Position numbers and translations under genes: made by a program. Below the pieces are notes generated by a model. The model searched no databases and was not told the DNA's origin. It saw nothing but the letters and a program-made list of their open reading frames with translations. From a virus, in the IMG/VR virus record IMGVR_UViG_3300013286_000010, positions 1 to 64,000 of that record: a stretch of 64,000 bases of DNA; one strand, 5' to 3'. Of this stretch, positions 40,901 to 48,744 are shown piece after piece; the stretch's first letter is position 1; the number at the start of each line of letters is the position of its first letter.

Positions 40901-43900
40901 TACTCGCTAGCTGAACCGTCGTTCCACCTATGATAGGCAAAGTAGGAATTGATTGAAAGTATACTAGATTAAATGTTGTTCCGCTTTGATGACTAGTTTT
41001 TACTCTGTAATAATTATTATTATAAGAAACTAGTTGACCTGCTTGATAAAATGTTCCTGTAGGTGCAGAATTAGCAGATGTTGTATCTGCCGACGAAAGT
41101 CCAGTTGCTCCAGAAGACGAACCGCTAGTCCATGTTACATATGATTCAGAAACTCCACCAACTGTTATTGTAGGCGTATTAGAATTTCTAACTGGCATGT
41201 ATATATCAAAATAAGGATTACTAGAATCGTAACCTTGGATAGAATATTTGTCATTTATCTTCTGTACAACTAGACCAGAAATGCTTACTTTCTTTACAGG
41301 ATTACTAGTGTTTAAAATTAAATTATAATTTTCTTGAGGCAGTAACGCACCTGGACTAGTGCTATTTGGTTCGTATGCATCAATGACAATTTGTAGTTTA
41401 TCTTTGCTAACAAACCCGCCAACTTTATAGAATAAATTAAAATCAATATAAGATAAATCTTGTTTTAATTGATCAATATAATTTGTAGATCGTTGTTGAC
41501 CCACTTCGGAAACATAAACACTATACCCACTAGTTTGTGTTTTATCAACATCATCGTGAATTTTAACTGCGGTAATATTTAAAAATTCTCCAGCAGTTCC
41601 ATATGTCCATTGTCCGGCGGCATTTTTAATTACTCTGCTAGTATCGTACATCGATGATGCATAGACAGCAGGTTTAGTTAATGCTAATAATTTTTGTACA
41701 ACAAACGGCCAATAGCTACTACGTCGCCACGATGTTTCAGCAGGACCCTGATCACCAAATTTCCAAGGCTGACGCGTGTTATAATCAGTAACGTCAGTTA
41801 CTAAATGTGCAGGGGGCGGTAATAAATGACCAAAGCGGTCAACTGGAATTATTCCTAATAAACCAGGACGAGCATAAACGCTATTGGTAGTGTTATTGTG
41901 ACGATTGTATCCGTTTGATAAATCAGTCCATAGTTTAGTATTTGTAGATAAGTAAGGAGCATTACCATATTCTGCAACCCACCATGATGGCCTTTCAGCA
42001 AATCCTAACATTTCCCAAGGATGAGTATGAGGTTTGTCAGTATCATAAAAATATTTAGATACGCCTCTCCAATATCCCGGAACATACGTTGAGTGAGCTG
42101 CATTATAGCTACCTGTATAATTCCAAGTAAATTCAGCAGTGTTAATACCATCATATAAAATGCCGCTGTCTTCAAACACAGTATTAGTAGTATAATCTAT
42201 GCCGTAGAATCCAGCCCATTTAATGAAGTCACTTTGTAGAATAGAATTAATTTCGTCTACAGAGTAATCAGTAGTTCTAAATGCTCCGGGCATTACACTG
42301 TTAACATCTAATAATTCTGATCTGTATTCTGTTTTGATGTTATTGTAAACACGTTTTTCAAATTCAAGAATAATAGCATCTCTATAATCATTGTAGGCTA
42401 CCATTAAGCTACCATCATGACCTTGAATAACATTTACAGGAGTAAGATATGTGTTATCTTCAAATATGCTAGGAGCAAATCTTGGGAATAATCCCAACTT
42501 AGTAGGAGTAGAAGGTACAAAAGATCCTTCAGTACTAAAGTAATCATCAACAACTAATACATCACCCTTTGTTAAAGATTTTAAAATTCTAACAGATGAA
42601 TCATTAGTTACAAACTCGTAGTCGTGATCACGTAGTAATTGTCCTCCATTTAAGTAAACAATAATAGAACGTAGGCTTAACGTAGAAAGACTAAAGTCAC
42701 TAGTAATAGGATATACAGTATTACGAGAATCTGTTACTGTCCATGTTCTAGTAGTTTTATCAGTTCCGTAGGCAATCATGTCTGATAGATAGTACGGAGA
42801 CAATAAATCTTTATCTACATTTAATTCTTTTAATGCTCTGTCAAGGCTTCCTATTGGATTAGTTTGTGTATCAATTTCAGAAATCTTCTTTAAAAATAAC
42901 AACTTGAATTGATTATATTGATCAGCAGATTTTGTTAGTGCATCGATAACACTGTGTTCTTTCTTACCAATAAAAAAGTTTGCAAATGCTAACGGATTAG
43001 CATTAGAAATTAATCTAGTGCCATAACTAGCAACACCAAAAACATCTCTTAAATTTAAAACGCCAGAATAGTCTCCGTGAAGATGACGATACCTGGTTAA
43101 CGCTGTTTGTAAATGATCACTCAATTCACTTAAGGTTAAAGATGCGATTGGACCATTTAATGGATTGTTAGTTAACGACAATGGCAATTCATAATAGCTA
43201 GAAGTAGCTCCATGAATAATAGGAATCGGATATGGTTTAGAAGTTGCCCAAACATTGCCATATGTACTATTGTTTATAAATTTGAAATAAGTGTCAGCAG
43301 TCGGTACCGTTGTAATATTCTGATTTGTTTCAGAAATATCAAATGTACCGTCCATGAAATAGTTTTTAAACAGATAACTGCCTAGCCCTGCACTATTTTT
43401 ATATTTTAGCGGGAATCCCAATACTGAATCATTTGCACCTGTGCCTATGTCATAACTGAATAATTTGTTCCCTGTAAAATTAGTCAAATAATGTGCAGTA
43501 TCACTATAACTATTTCCGTTACTGTCAAACAAATCAAATAATGGTGCCTGATTTAATGTGGGATGTTGTTGTGCATATTGCCACTTACTGCTATCAAACC
43601 ACCAATTTGTTCCAGCATACTGGTTGCCTGTGTTTATGCTAACATTAACTTTGTCCGATACATTGATAATATTAACTAGCTCTATTCTCGGATACCCACC
43701 AACGGTTACAAAGTTAACTTGAAAAATTTTGTTACGTACTGTTGCATCAGTGTCGGCATTAAAGATAATAGTATTTCCTTGCTCCAGTAAAGTTCCATCA
43801 ACATAATATCCTGCAGAACCTTCTACTTTATTAAATGCGTCTAAAGTAACTGTATCAATAAAATCGATGTTAGAAATTCCAATTTCTCCAAAATTAAATA

Positions 43901-44837
43901 ATTTTAGATTTGCATTAAATTCAACAATAGGACGCTGTGCTCTTTTATTTGCAGGATATAATGGAATTTGATTATTAACTTCCGAACTTATTTTAATTAC
44001 ATCACCGTGTATCCATCTATTGTATTTTGACCAAGGGTTAACATCTTGACTAGCACGGTTGATAGTTATATATTCAGGAGTAATAGGCAATGTTTTAAAA
44101 TTATCAAACGGATAATCATCAAATGCATTAGCATCAAAGTTATCATTAAAGACAGTTTTTATACTCTGAGAGCCCGACAATAAATCATAACTGACTAATT
44201 TAATACTACCTCCTACACCTTCTACAAAATATTCTTTTTCATAATACGACGAAGGAGTAACATTTCCCCTAAAACGTAACTTCATTCCATTTGATAAAGG
44301 CAATTCAGACGCATATGAGACAACTGTACCTATGGTCAGTGTATAATTTGTTTGACCTACTATGGCTTTTTCTAAATTGCCAATAGAAGTTGCATCAACT
44401 ACAATAGTTTCTGGACCAGTTACTAACCAATAATATTCTTGATAATTTATAAGTTTGTCCCAATCAACTTGGGGATCAAAAGAATACACCTCTGATCTAA
44501 ACATCCTATCAAAGTTATCATTTTTTCCGCCTTTTGTAGAGATTTCATTTGTTAAATCATCAATACCTATTACATCGTTAACTGTACTAGAATTATCTTT
44601 AACTACCAATGCGGGCTCTAACTGATAATCTCTACGCAAAGGCAACGATTCAGTAATATAAACATCTGTTAAAGAATTGTATGTTGCAGTTTGTGTGGAT
44701 CCAATGTATCCGTCAATTCGTTCTAACTGGGGAGGCTGTATTAATTGGTCAATAGTACTGGATAAGAATTTTGCGTTCTTATCCGTTCTAAATATTTCAG
44801 GTAGTAGATTGATAGACTTGATAACTTTATTTGCCAT
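31944..44837 (-). CDS. giant (4297 aa) virion structural protein, probable baseplate wedge/fibre scaffold
   Basis: Uninterrupted ORF directly after gp6-like gene; FG-GAP-like propeller repeats (FG....V.AP), I.N.G.GY...P.V repeats, VKPYHT motif. Confidence 0.75.
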   Translation of the reverse strand: MANKVIKSINLLPEIFRTDKNAKFLSSTIDQLIQPPQLERIDGYIGSTQTATYNSLTDVYITESLPLRRDYQLEPALVVKDNSSTVNDVIGIDDLTNEISTKGGKNDNFDRMFRSEVYSFDPQVDWDKLINYQEYYWLVTGPETIVVDATSIGNLEKAIVGQTNYTLTIGTVVSYASELPLSNGMKLRFRGNVTPSSYYEKEYFVEGVGGSIKLVSYDLLSGSQSIKTVFNDNFDANAFDDYPFDNFKTLPITPEYITINRASQDVNPWSKYNRWIHGDVIKISSEVNNQIPLYPANKRAQRPIVEFNANLKLFNFGEIGISNIDFIDTVTLDAFNKVEGSAGYYVDGTLLEQGNTIIFNADTDATVRNKIFQVNFVTVGGYPRIELVNIINVSDKVNVSINTGNQYAGTNWWFDSSKWQYAQQHPTLNQAPLFDLFDSNGNSYSDTAHYLTNFTGNKLFSYDIGTGANDSVLGFPLKYKNSAGLGSYLFKNYFMDGTFDISETNQNITTVPTADTYFKFINNSTYGNVWATSKPYPIPIIHGATSSYYELPLSLTNNPLNGPIASLTLSELSDHLQTALTRYRHLHGDYSGVLNLRDVFGVASYGTRLISNANPLAFANFFIGKKEHSVIDALTKSADQYNQFKLLFLKKISEIDTQTNPIGSLDRALKELNVDKDLLSPYYLSDMIAYGTDKTTRTWTVTDSRNTVYPITSDFSLSTLSLRSIIVYLNGGQLLRDHDYEFVTNDSSVRILKSLTKGDVLVVDDYFSTEGSFVPSTPTKLGLFPRFAPSIFEDNTYLTPVNVIQGHDGSLMVAYNDYRDAIILEFEKRVYNNIKTEYRSELLDVNSVMPGAFRTTDYSVDEINSILQSDFIKWAGFYGIDYTTNTVFEDSGILYDGINTAEFTWNYTGSYNAAHSTYVPGYWRGVSKYFYDTDKPHTHPWEMLGFAERPSWWVAEYGNAPYLSTNTKLWTDLSNGYNRHNNTTNSVYARPGLLGIIPVDRFGHLLPPPAHLVTDVTDYNTRQPWKFGDQGPAETSWRRSSYWPFVVQKLLALTKPAVYASSMYDTSRVIKNAAGQWTYGTAGEFLNITAVKIHDDVDKTQTSGYSVYVSEVGQQRSTNYIDQLKQDLSYIDFNLFYKVGGFVSKDKLQIVIDAYEPNSTSPGALLPQENYNLILNTSNPVKKVSISGLVVQKINDKYSIQGYDSSNPYFDIYMPVRNSNTPTITVGGVSESYVTWTSGSSSGATGLSSADTTSANSAPTGTFYQAGQLVSYNNNYYRVKTSHQSGTTFNLVYFQSIPTLPIIGGTTVQLASSFETEVKQIPYKTEFSTIQEVYDIIVGYGKWLEAQGFIFDEYNSDFATTIDWNFSSKEFLYWTSQNWSNNSIITVSPFANQIKYSLANTVVDSVFDSFYDYSLLSANGTSFPRQNLSVTRDNGVCTIKTSNSTDGIYFATIYSVQKEHAMVFNNTTIFNDTIYDIETGYRQRRMKLTGFRTANWNGDYFSPGFVYDSAQINDWLQYTDYQSGDVVRFNSQYYSANKNITGSAKFDFNLWTLLGNKPVAGLLPNFDYKINQFEDFYSLDIDNFDSGQQKMAQHLIGYTPRVYLNNIFTNPIAQYKFYQGFIKEKGTRNAITKLAKASIHNLQGQLGYSEEWAFRIGYYGAYETYQELEVPLTEGKFIENPQVVNFVNSAPSAPNDLIYYSAVTDQIIVPTDYNPLTTFPVETDTDFEFELITAGYVRIDDVTATAYNESSLLNLANNGTIKEGDTVWMGFKKNSDWDVYRYSRVDADIIGVDVVTYSGEITFKTNLFHGLSVGDIVSVSKFSSDADGIYTVIKTPSVSEFTVASPSISLTSLGVDPIPLYKFKSARTSSYDNLPTDDELLKFSDNTIFWVDNDDNYKWKVYQKINNFTPVISTGTNKNEQLGRSISKRKGSDIFVVGSPAYTATSIAIRGKVSVYKKTGDDFRGQLNYTLNDGTLHYYDVERAPITDFGHCVVYDDTAFSTTTYGLIFASAPLASYVSTTGSNYSNYVEQGLIKISSINPQILEENTQAVLTVPVSTSSYQHFGHSIYVQRNINTKLMLVGAPGTNNTGTGTVYAYQITTATNSINVAYVKQLTTSSVTTIGSKWGYSISGSDNANILAIGAPGHFTNTGLVSIFTGTSAVFSQTLVSPFGKYGQFGEKLLVSPNGAYLFVSAPYSKNDNLSYGKVAIYTATNGLFVLQSVLTNPAPGPGMYFGKDIDITVSNDSLVISAIGNNKNLYSTFDITNTESIFDVDSTMFYGTIKNSGTVYVYNRKDTRFVLADDLESTVIDDDTFYGTSVTIDDCILVGAPSLKNSNTVNAFYQFNKIDKSTNGFKILREQDSLTMVDAIQRVTLINSFTEEIINYLDVVDPLKGKIVGIADQELTYRTTFDPAVYSAGTTSTVIDSETNWLEDHVGELWWDLSTAKYVWYEQSDLTYRKNNWGKLFPGASIDVYEWVGSSYLPSEWSQLADTALGLTEGISGQPKVADDSVISSKQVYNSVTNSFSTRYYYWVKNKSTVPDVKNRRASSYQVASMIYNPTAYGVQYAAIIDTNAIALANIGSLLVGNRIHLNVAIDSTNKNIAESSTNRHTEWLLLQEGSATSRPNALLEKKLIDSLLGHDKLGNPVPNPTLTSRTRYGIGIRPQQTLFKDRLEALRNLVEFTNSVLLKNRITGNYSFANLNKQQLVSDINSHEYDQTVEDNEGLLIIDTRLFAIPKLRCVIDNGKIQTVIIDNPGFGYKISPTVKIISDVKSDAEISTEIDNQGRVISVKVVNAGNGFTEAPTLEVRPYTVIVLADTQFKNRWSKFIYDLDTLTWARVATQQYNTPLYWKYVDWVSTDYNPFLDFTATVNDVYEINELTLSAGQYVKIKNGGSGHYIILEKTALGIVGSFSTDYNIVYNENGTIQILDTIWDLPLSSYGFDQNNSYDQTLYDQTPDIELQYMLIALRDDIFVNELKVNWNLFFFKAVKYALSEQKLLDWAFKTSFINVVNYAGALDQRPVYKISSSDYYEQYLDEVKPYHTIVRSFTSNHTLVEPTNTFSTDFDNPYRWVNGNLVDYYQTDNFAVGDVDATTDYIKSLNLPKPQESFLLNRGFALDHISVSHPGTNYTSAPTVLVFNEYYQVIEDFRAIAHIESGKVISIEITNNTTSTFYRQPTVKLQGGTTGVVAIAYTHLTNKQVRTNQIGMKFDRVGSTDQIGNNIVVDQFVCNGSVEEFTLNWLADADKSKITITLDGNVVLRSDYTIKYFTAQYNGYTKKFSKVVFLNYVPLVSQVLKVIYTKSINLFNASERIQNYYKAASGMPGFDPENPEFDQLISGINYPKTIIEGLPFTNSAWDFLYGSGSTNTFDTVPYADDVGFYTTAVVTTTATIGSNTFILDSVTGIEAGQNVNIISTTSTVFKITNVLVSAVYALSSSIEVSDFSTTEIPKGYVIEFWKYEENSNLLDSAIDGNSSSPEVIINGDAFYTADTSHAPEEFLPGQASDSVGINVYTKTFYGAPVVFSHSIDIISNVTTRRKLGIVPPSNNNITVSFNGKMFSVSDFIPTELDSPFFYIDWEHNEIVVGPQSVSGYLGYTIISIGGGHIGRENGIIDSASATHLPGSSTIFGFETIAQVSSLASTSSVKSAYVTVNGSAITTITTALPYFELTFSNIENDRAAVNVYGLTPGTTSTIQAWFFGTQYDYFNEISEQTIALNTSAFTATCINIKSNEIDPIVAAPIVEYYNPNTKIRKQLTPPHIDYYQVTSSTNNVFLINNQGTFNTYDGTVRAYRNGNKLTPGFDYTVSDNLLTIDISRVALVSGDAIAIVDLPTGGDKDYDYDIYYDNAGIPKLQLSVSTSTGEIKVLTYNDNDDMMIRTERFDGNPNRRFKVTRPVTNINYVWVQLNGTPLTSGLDFDVLDDQLTIQISDAYSILSTDSIVIRSMVDQRLATTLLGYRIFNDMFNRTSFKRLSKENTTYLTSPLSYKDTEIHVADATVLTQPMLSKKIPGVVIIDGERIEFMKASKTVLSQLRRGTLGTAPSRYSAPGTKVIDQSVNQTIPFTETIKTQVHYTSNGVSTYSINTVTQKLTVTGTNEVLISDGIILNSIVNPEDQVQVFYGGRLLRKSGTYIHDTTITYDSPDTKGIKIGTTSTVAGLPYTTEIGKAYTVTSTNQVWVYTDSIEPDSFKGYVYRGLQYLPPEFTISNTQQLILNITGGVGDRIKLAVVKKEFDKSAEWNDVDPNNSRRTLSIIDSTTLPAKFLQEKTAELPDKYYYGGDITLTDNDGSPLLDDNNKPLTEGF

Positions 44838-44838
44838 A

Positions 44839-47800
44839 TTAACTGCTGGTTACTATTGATGTTGTGTTTAATTGTGATGCTGTAATTGCATCAATAATCT
44901 CTATGTCGAATACTGTTGCACCGCTGATAAAAATCTCGTTGCTCAAACAGGCTACCTCATATAGACTTCCAAAATTATTTGATTTGGGAACTATTACAAA
45001 GTTTGTAATATCAGGTGTTAGTAAATTCATTACATAAGTTGATAACTCGCTGAAGTAAAATGTTTGACCAAAATCCCAATTAGATAAAGCAAAAAAATTA
45101 TTAATTGCAGATAATATTCTAGTCTTTAATTCATTATCACTGATTGGTCTAGCAGGATTTTTTACAGCTTTAAAAGTTGCTTGTAGATTAATGGTTGCTT
45201 TTTTACCAAATAATACTTTGTATTTTACAGGTTGGAAAATAATTTCATCGCTAATTGTTTTAATATTTTCTAACGATGCTGCAAAATTTTCTTCTAGACT
45301 CTGACTAGTAGGAGCCAACGGCTCTGTGCCAACACCCGTAGATAACCAATTACGATAACTGGTATCATATGACGAAGTTAACAAATACACATCCATGATG
45401 TTACTCTTACTAGGATCAATTCTTCTGTCTTCTCCACTATTATGTACATAATGGAAATTTAATCCAGACTTACCAGGATATGCAAAGTACGATGGTTCAT
45501 ACACCAATTGGTTATATGTACCAGATGCTGTAGAAACGCTTTTTACAACATTTATTTTAGGATTGTAAAAATAATAAAGCGTACCAGTAGATAATTCAGC
45601 TGGAAGATCGGCTTCTGTAGGATATGTTTCAAACTGATTACTATTCATTAATGTGTATCTTAAACCGTCTGCTGATTTTTTAAAATAAACAAATTTATCT
45701 TTAAAATTAGTATCAGAAGTATCAGGTTCTACGATATTATTAAATGTATCAAGATCAAGAATTTGACCTGAATTATTATAATCATAGAAACTTACTTTGA
45801 CTTTTTTAGGTTCTACATATCCATCAGCTTCAACAACTGCTCCGTCAATTTGCCATTGATAATCTTTTCCTAGACTTCCTGGATTAATTGTATTTGCAAT
45901 AGCGTTAGTGGCTGTATTGATTGATAATACATTAATTTGATCTTTGACTACCTTGTCGTTGACAAAGTCATAGTTAACTGTATTAGGATCGATAAAGAAC
46001 GAAGTTTCTTTTTCACTTTCAAATATAAAATCAGTAGTTCTATATCTAACTTTGTAACCTTTACCTGTCCATACAAATGCAACAAACCAACTAGCATCTA
46101 AACTAGAGTTAGACGTATCGCCTTGTGTATCTAAATTAAAAGGATTAGTTAAATCTAAATTTACAGCTGAAATTATGTTCCATGCCCTATCATCTTTTAA
46201 AAAACTTAATCCAAAATTTATTTGGTTAATGCAAAAATTTGCAAGTTCAGTTTCAAAAGAAGTTGAAAATACATTAACAAATTTAGGAATAATTTTTGTA
46301 GGTATTGCAGAACTAGGAATAACATTATTTAATATGATAGGTCCAGTGCCGTTATCCAATGTACCTAATCCCGAATTAGATCCATCGCCTACCACTTGAG
46401 AAACTTTGACCCAAATATATTTTAATGTTGTTCTAGTTTGTTTATCAACTAGTTTACCGTTAGGAGAAAAATATTTCCCTGTAGGTGGAACAAATTTTAT
46501 CATTGCTCCGGGTGCAGTGTATTTTAAATTATTTGAAGAAAAATACCCAACATTAACCGGACCGTCAGTGTTACTAAAATATCCTCTAGATTGTGTGGAA
46601 GATTTATTAACCTGGTTCCATGTCAATTCTAAATTACTGATATCAGTTTGTTGATATTGATCAAAGTAAAATGAACGCATTGCCGCAGATGCAATAACTG
46701 GTTCTAATTGCTGTTTGATAACAGCCAATATTTCATTACGGCTAGTGAAATTAAATTCAAAACTATCTTCTCTATTATCTTTGTACAAGATACCGTCTGT
46801 CGCAAAGATGTTGGTCTTACTATATTTTCCACTAACATCGCTTAATTCAAAATACTTACTTAACCCACTAGATACTCTGTTGACACTTTTAACTTTAATA
46901 ATATCACTGCCCAATGTTAGTGGAGCAATATTATAATCTTCAGCAGTAACCATTCTATTCTGTACATAGAAAGCCTGCGGAGCTTTGCTTTGTATACTAG
47001 CATTAGATTCTGCGCCAGAACTATTGCTAACAGTATATTGTAGTCCCATGGTCAATGTTAATGTGTGACCTTGCCCATTTTTATTATGATAAGGAATCTC
47101 AATAACAATGCCACTCATCTGTCCTGGTTTAATAGAATATGTTAGTCCATTACTTTGTCTGTAAAATAACTTAAATTGACCTCTTGGTAAATTACCAAAA
47201 CTTCCATCAGCAAAATTTAAATCAATCTGATCACGGTCTCTACTAGTAACACTATAGATGTTTCTTACATCGTTGTTCAAACTATTGTATATAATGTTAT
47301 TACCAACTACATCAGATACTTTAGTCCATAGATTTGAATAAGCACCGTTACTATCAAGTTGCCATAACCATACATCAGTATTATTGATATCGTTAGTATT
47401 AACTCCAACGATTTCATTAGGTACAGGATTATCTATCGAAAAACTAGATAGATTTAATGCACCTTGGCGGAAATATGTAAAGAATCCTGTATTTGCACTA
47501 CCCGATCCTTGATTATCATTTTTATAAATTAAACTAAACGAGTTTGCAGGCAACGGAGCATCTTCATATATAGATGTCTTTCCAGAAAATGTTGCTGGAA
47601 CAATTTCAAAATTCATTGCTGTACCGTTTATGTTCTTTAAAAAACTGTAAACAGGAATATCGTTATTTGTGCTGTTTATTTTATATTGTTCAGTTAGCAT
47701 ACCGTCAATAGTTTTTCTATCGTAAGGTTTTCCAAAAGCAAAACTGCCCGCCATAGTAGAATTGATAATAGTAATAAATTGTTGATACCAATTTGAATTA

Positions 47801-48240
47801 GCAGGATCGTTCCATCCAATTGTAGTGTTGGCTAAATTAATTCCATTGCCATCAATGACATTATCTGTTGTAGAAATGCCGGTAACTTTTAAGAATCCGC
47901 TAGCAGGGGTGTTACGTTTAGGAACATAACTGATTAACTGAGCAAGGCGCAGGATACTATCACGACGTTGGGCTGTTTCTAAAAAGTTTTCGCGGGCATT
48001 TAAGTCAATACGGAAACTTAAATTCTGTCCTAGGTATGCAATAAGGTCAATAAGAGCAACATATTCACTACTGTCAATAAAATCGTTAAAGTCTTCAGGA
48101 AAGTTTTCCTGAAGATATTGAATCATTGTTCGGCGTAGAGTTTCAAAATCATAACTTTGAAAGTCAGCATTGCGGAAGCTCTGATAGATCTTTTTCCAAT
48201 CTTCAGCCACTAGCAGTTTGTTATTTGTAGATGGAATCAT
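44839..48240 (-). CDS. baseplate wedge subunit (T4 gp6-like)
   Basis: DF.SYDFETLR, AY.GQ.LSF..D....ENF..TA.RR.S..RLA..ISY.P, QNRMVTAEDY. Confidence 0.85.
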   Translation of the reverse strand: MIPSTNNKLLVAEDWKKIYQSFRNADFQSYDFETLRRTMIQYLQENFPEDFNDFIDSSEYVALIDLIAYLGQNLSFRIDLNARENFLETAQRRDSILRLAQLISYVPKRNTPASGFLKVTGISTTDNVIDGNGINLANTTIGWNDPANSNWYQQFITIINSTMAGSFAFGKPYDRKTIDGMLTEQYKINSTNNDIPVYSFLKNINGTAMNFEIVPATFSGKTSIYEDAPLPANSFSLIYKNDNQGSGSANTGFFTYFRQGALNLSSFSIDNPVPNEIVGVNTNDINNTDVWLWQLDSNGAYSNLWTKVSDVVGNNIIYNSLNNDVRNIYSVTSRDRDQIDLNFADGSFGNLPRGQFKLFYRQSNGLTYSIKPGQMSGIVIEIPYHNKNGQGHTLTLTMGLQYTVSNSSGAESNASIQSKAPQAFYVQNRMVTAEDYNIAPLTLGSDIIKVKSVNRVSSGLSKYFELSDVSGKYSKTNIFATDGILYKDNREDSFEFNFTSRNEILAVIKQQLEPVIASAAMRSFYFDQYQQTDISNLELTWNQVNKSSTQSRGYFSNTDGPVNVGYFSSNNLKYTAPGAMIKFVPPTGKYFSPNGKLVDKQTRTTLKYIWVKVSQVVGDGSNSGLGTLDNGTGPIILNNVIPSSAIPTKIIPKFVNVFSTSFETELANFCINQINFGLSFLKDDRAWNIISAVNLDLTNPFNLDTQGDTSNSSLDASWFVAFVWTGKGYKVRYRTTDFIFESEKETSFFIDPNTVNYDFVNDKVVKDQINVLSINTATNAIANTINPGSLGKDYQWQIDGAVVEADGYVEPKKVKVSFYDYNNSGQILDLDTFNNIVEPDTSDTNFKDKFVYFKKSADGLRYTLMNSNQFETYPTEADLPAELSTGTLYYFYNPKINVVKSVSTASGTYNQLVYEPSYFAYPGKSGLNFHYVHNSGEDRRIDPSKSNIMDVYLLTSSYDTSYRNWLSTGVGTEPLAPTSQSLEENFAASLENIKTISDEIIFQPVKYKVLFGKKATINLQATFKAVKNPARPISDNELKTRILSAINNFFALSNWDFGQTFYFSELSTYVMNLLTPDITNFVIVPKSNNFGSLYEVACLSNEIFISGATVFDIEIIDAITASQLNTTSIVTSS

Positions 48241-48288
48241 AATTTTATTGTTCTATACCGTATTTATTGTATTAATAAACTTGGTATA

Positions 48289-48723
48289 TTATTGTGTCCT
48301 TAAGCCAATTGACTGGTCAAATGTCAACTTCATGTTAGCAGTTTGATCAGTTCCATTCATTTGCAATGTTAATTCTAATTGATAACCGTTGGCATATTCA
48401 GTTAGATCAATTTGTGTAGGTGTTACTCTAGGATCAAATGTACAAATACGATTAATATCTTCTGTTAACGTATCGCGAACTTGGTCTGTTAATGGCTCCA
48501 TTAATAGGTCCCAAATGATACTACCAAAATTAGGTTTCATTAATCTTTCACCTCTTTTGGTATTGAAGTGATTTATAATGTCTTGTTTAATTAACTCAAA
48601 ATCATATAAACTTGTATTGGCGGTTGTATTTGCAGAATTAAAACCTTTATAAAAATGATCTAATTTTGTCAAAGGCTGGACTGTTGTACCAGGATTATTA
48701 AGTTCAATTGTTTTGTAGGCCAT
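48289..48723 (-). CDS. baseplate wedge protein (gp25-like)
   Basis: T.RGER.M.P.FGS.I..LL.EP, DPRV. Confidence 0.88.
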   Translation of the reverse strand: MAYKTIELNNPGTTVQPLTKLDHFYKGFNSANTTANTSLYDFELIKQDIINHFNTKRGERLMKPNFGSIIWDLLMEPLTDQVRDTLTEDINRICTFDPRVTPTQIDLTEYANGYQLELTLQMNGTDQTANMKLTFDQSIGLRTQ

Positions 48724-48744
48724 GATGTATTTATTTTTTAATTT

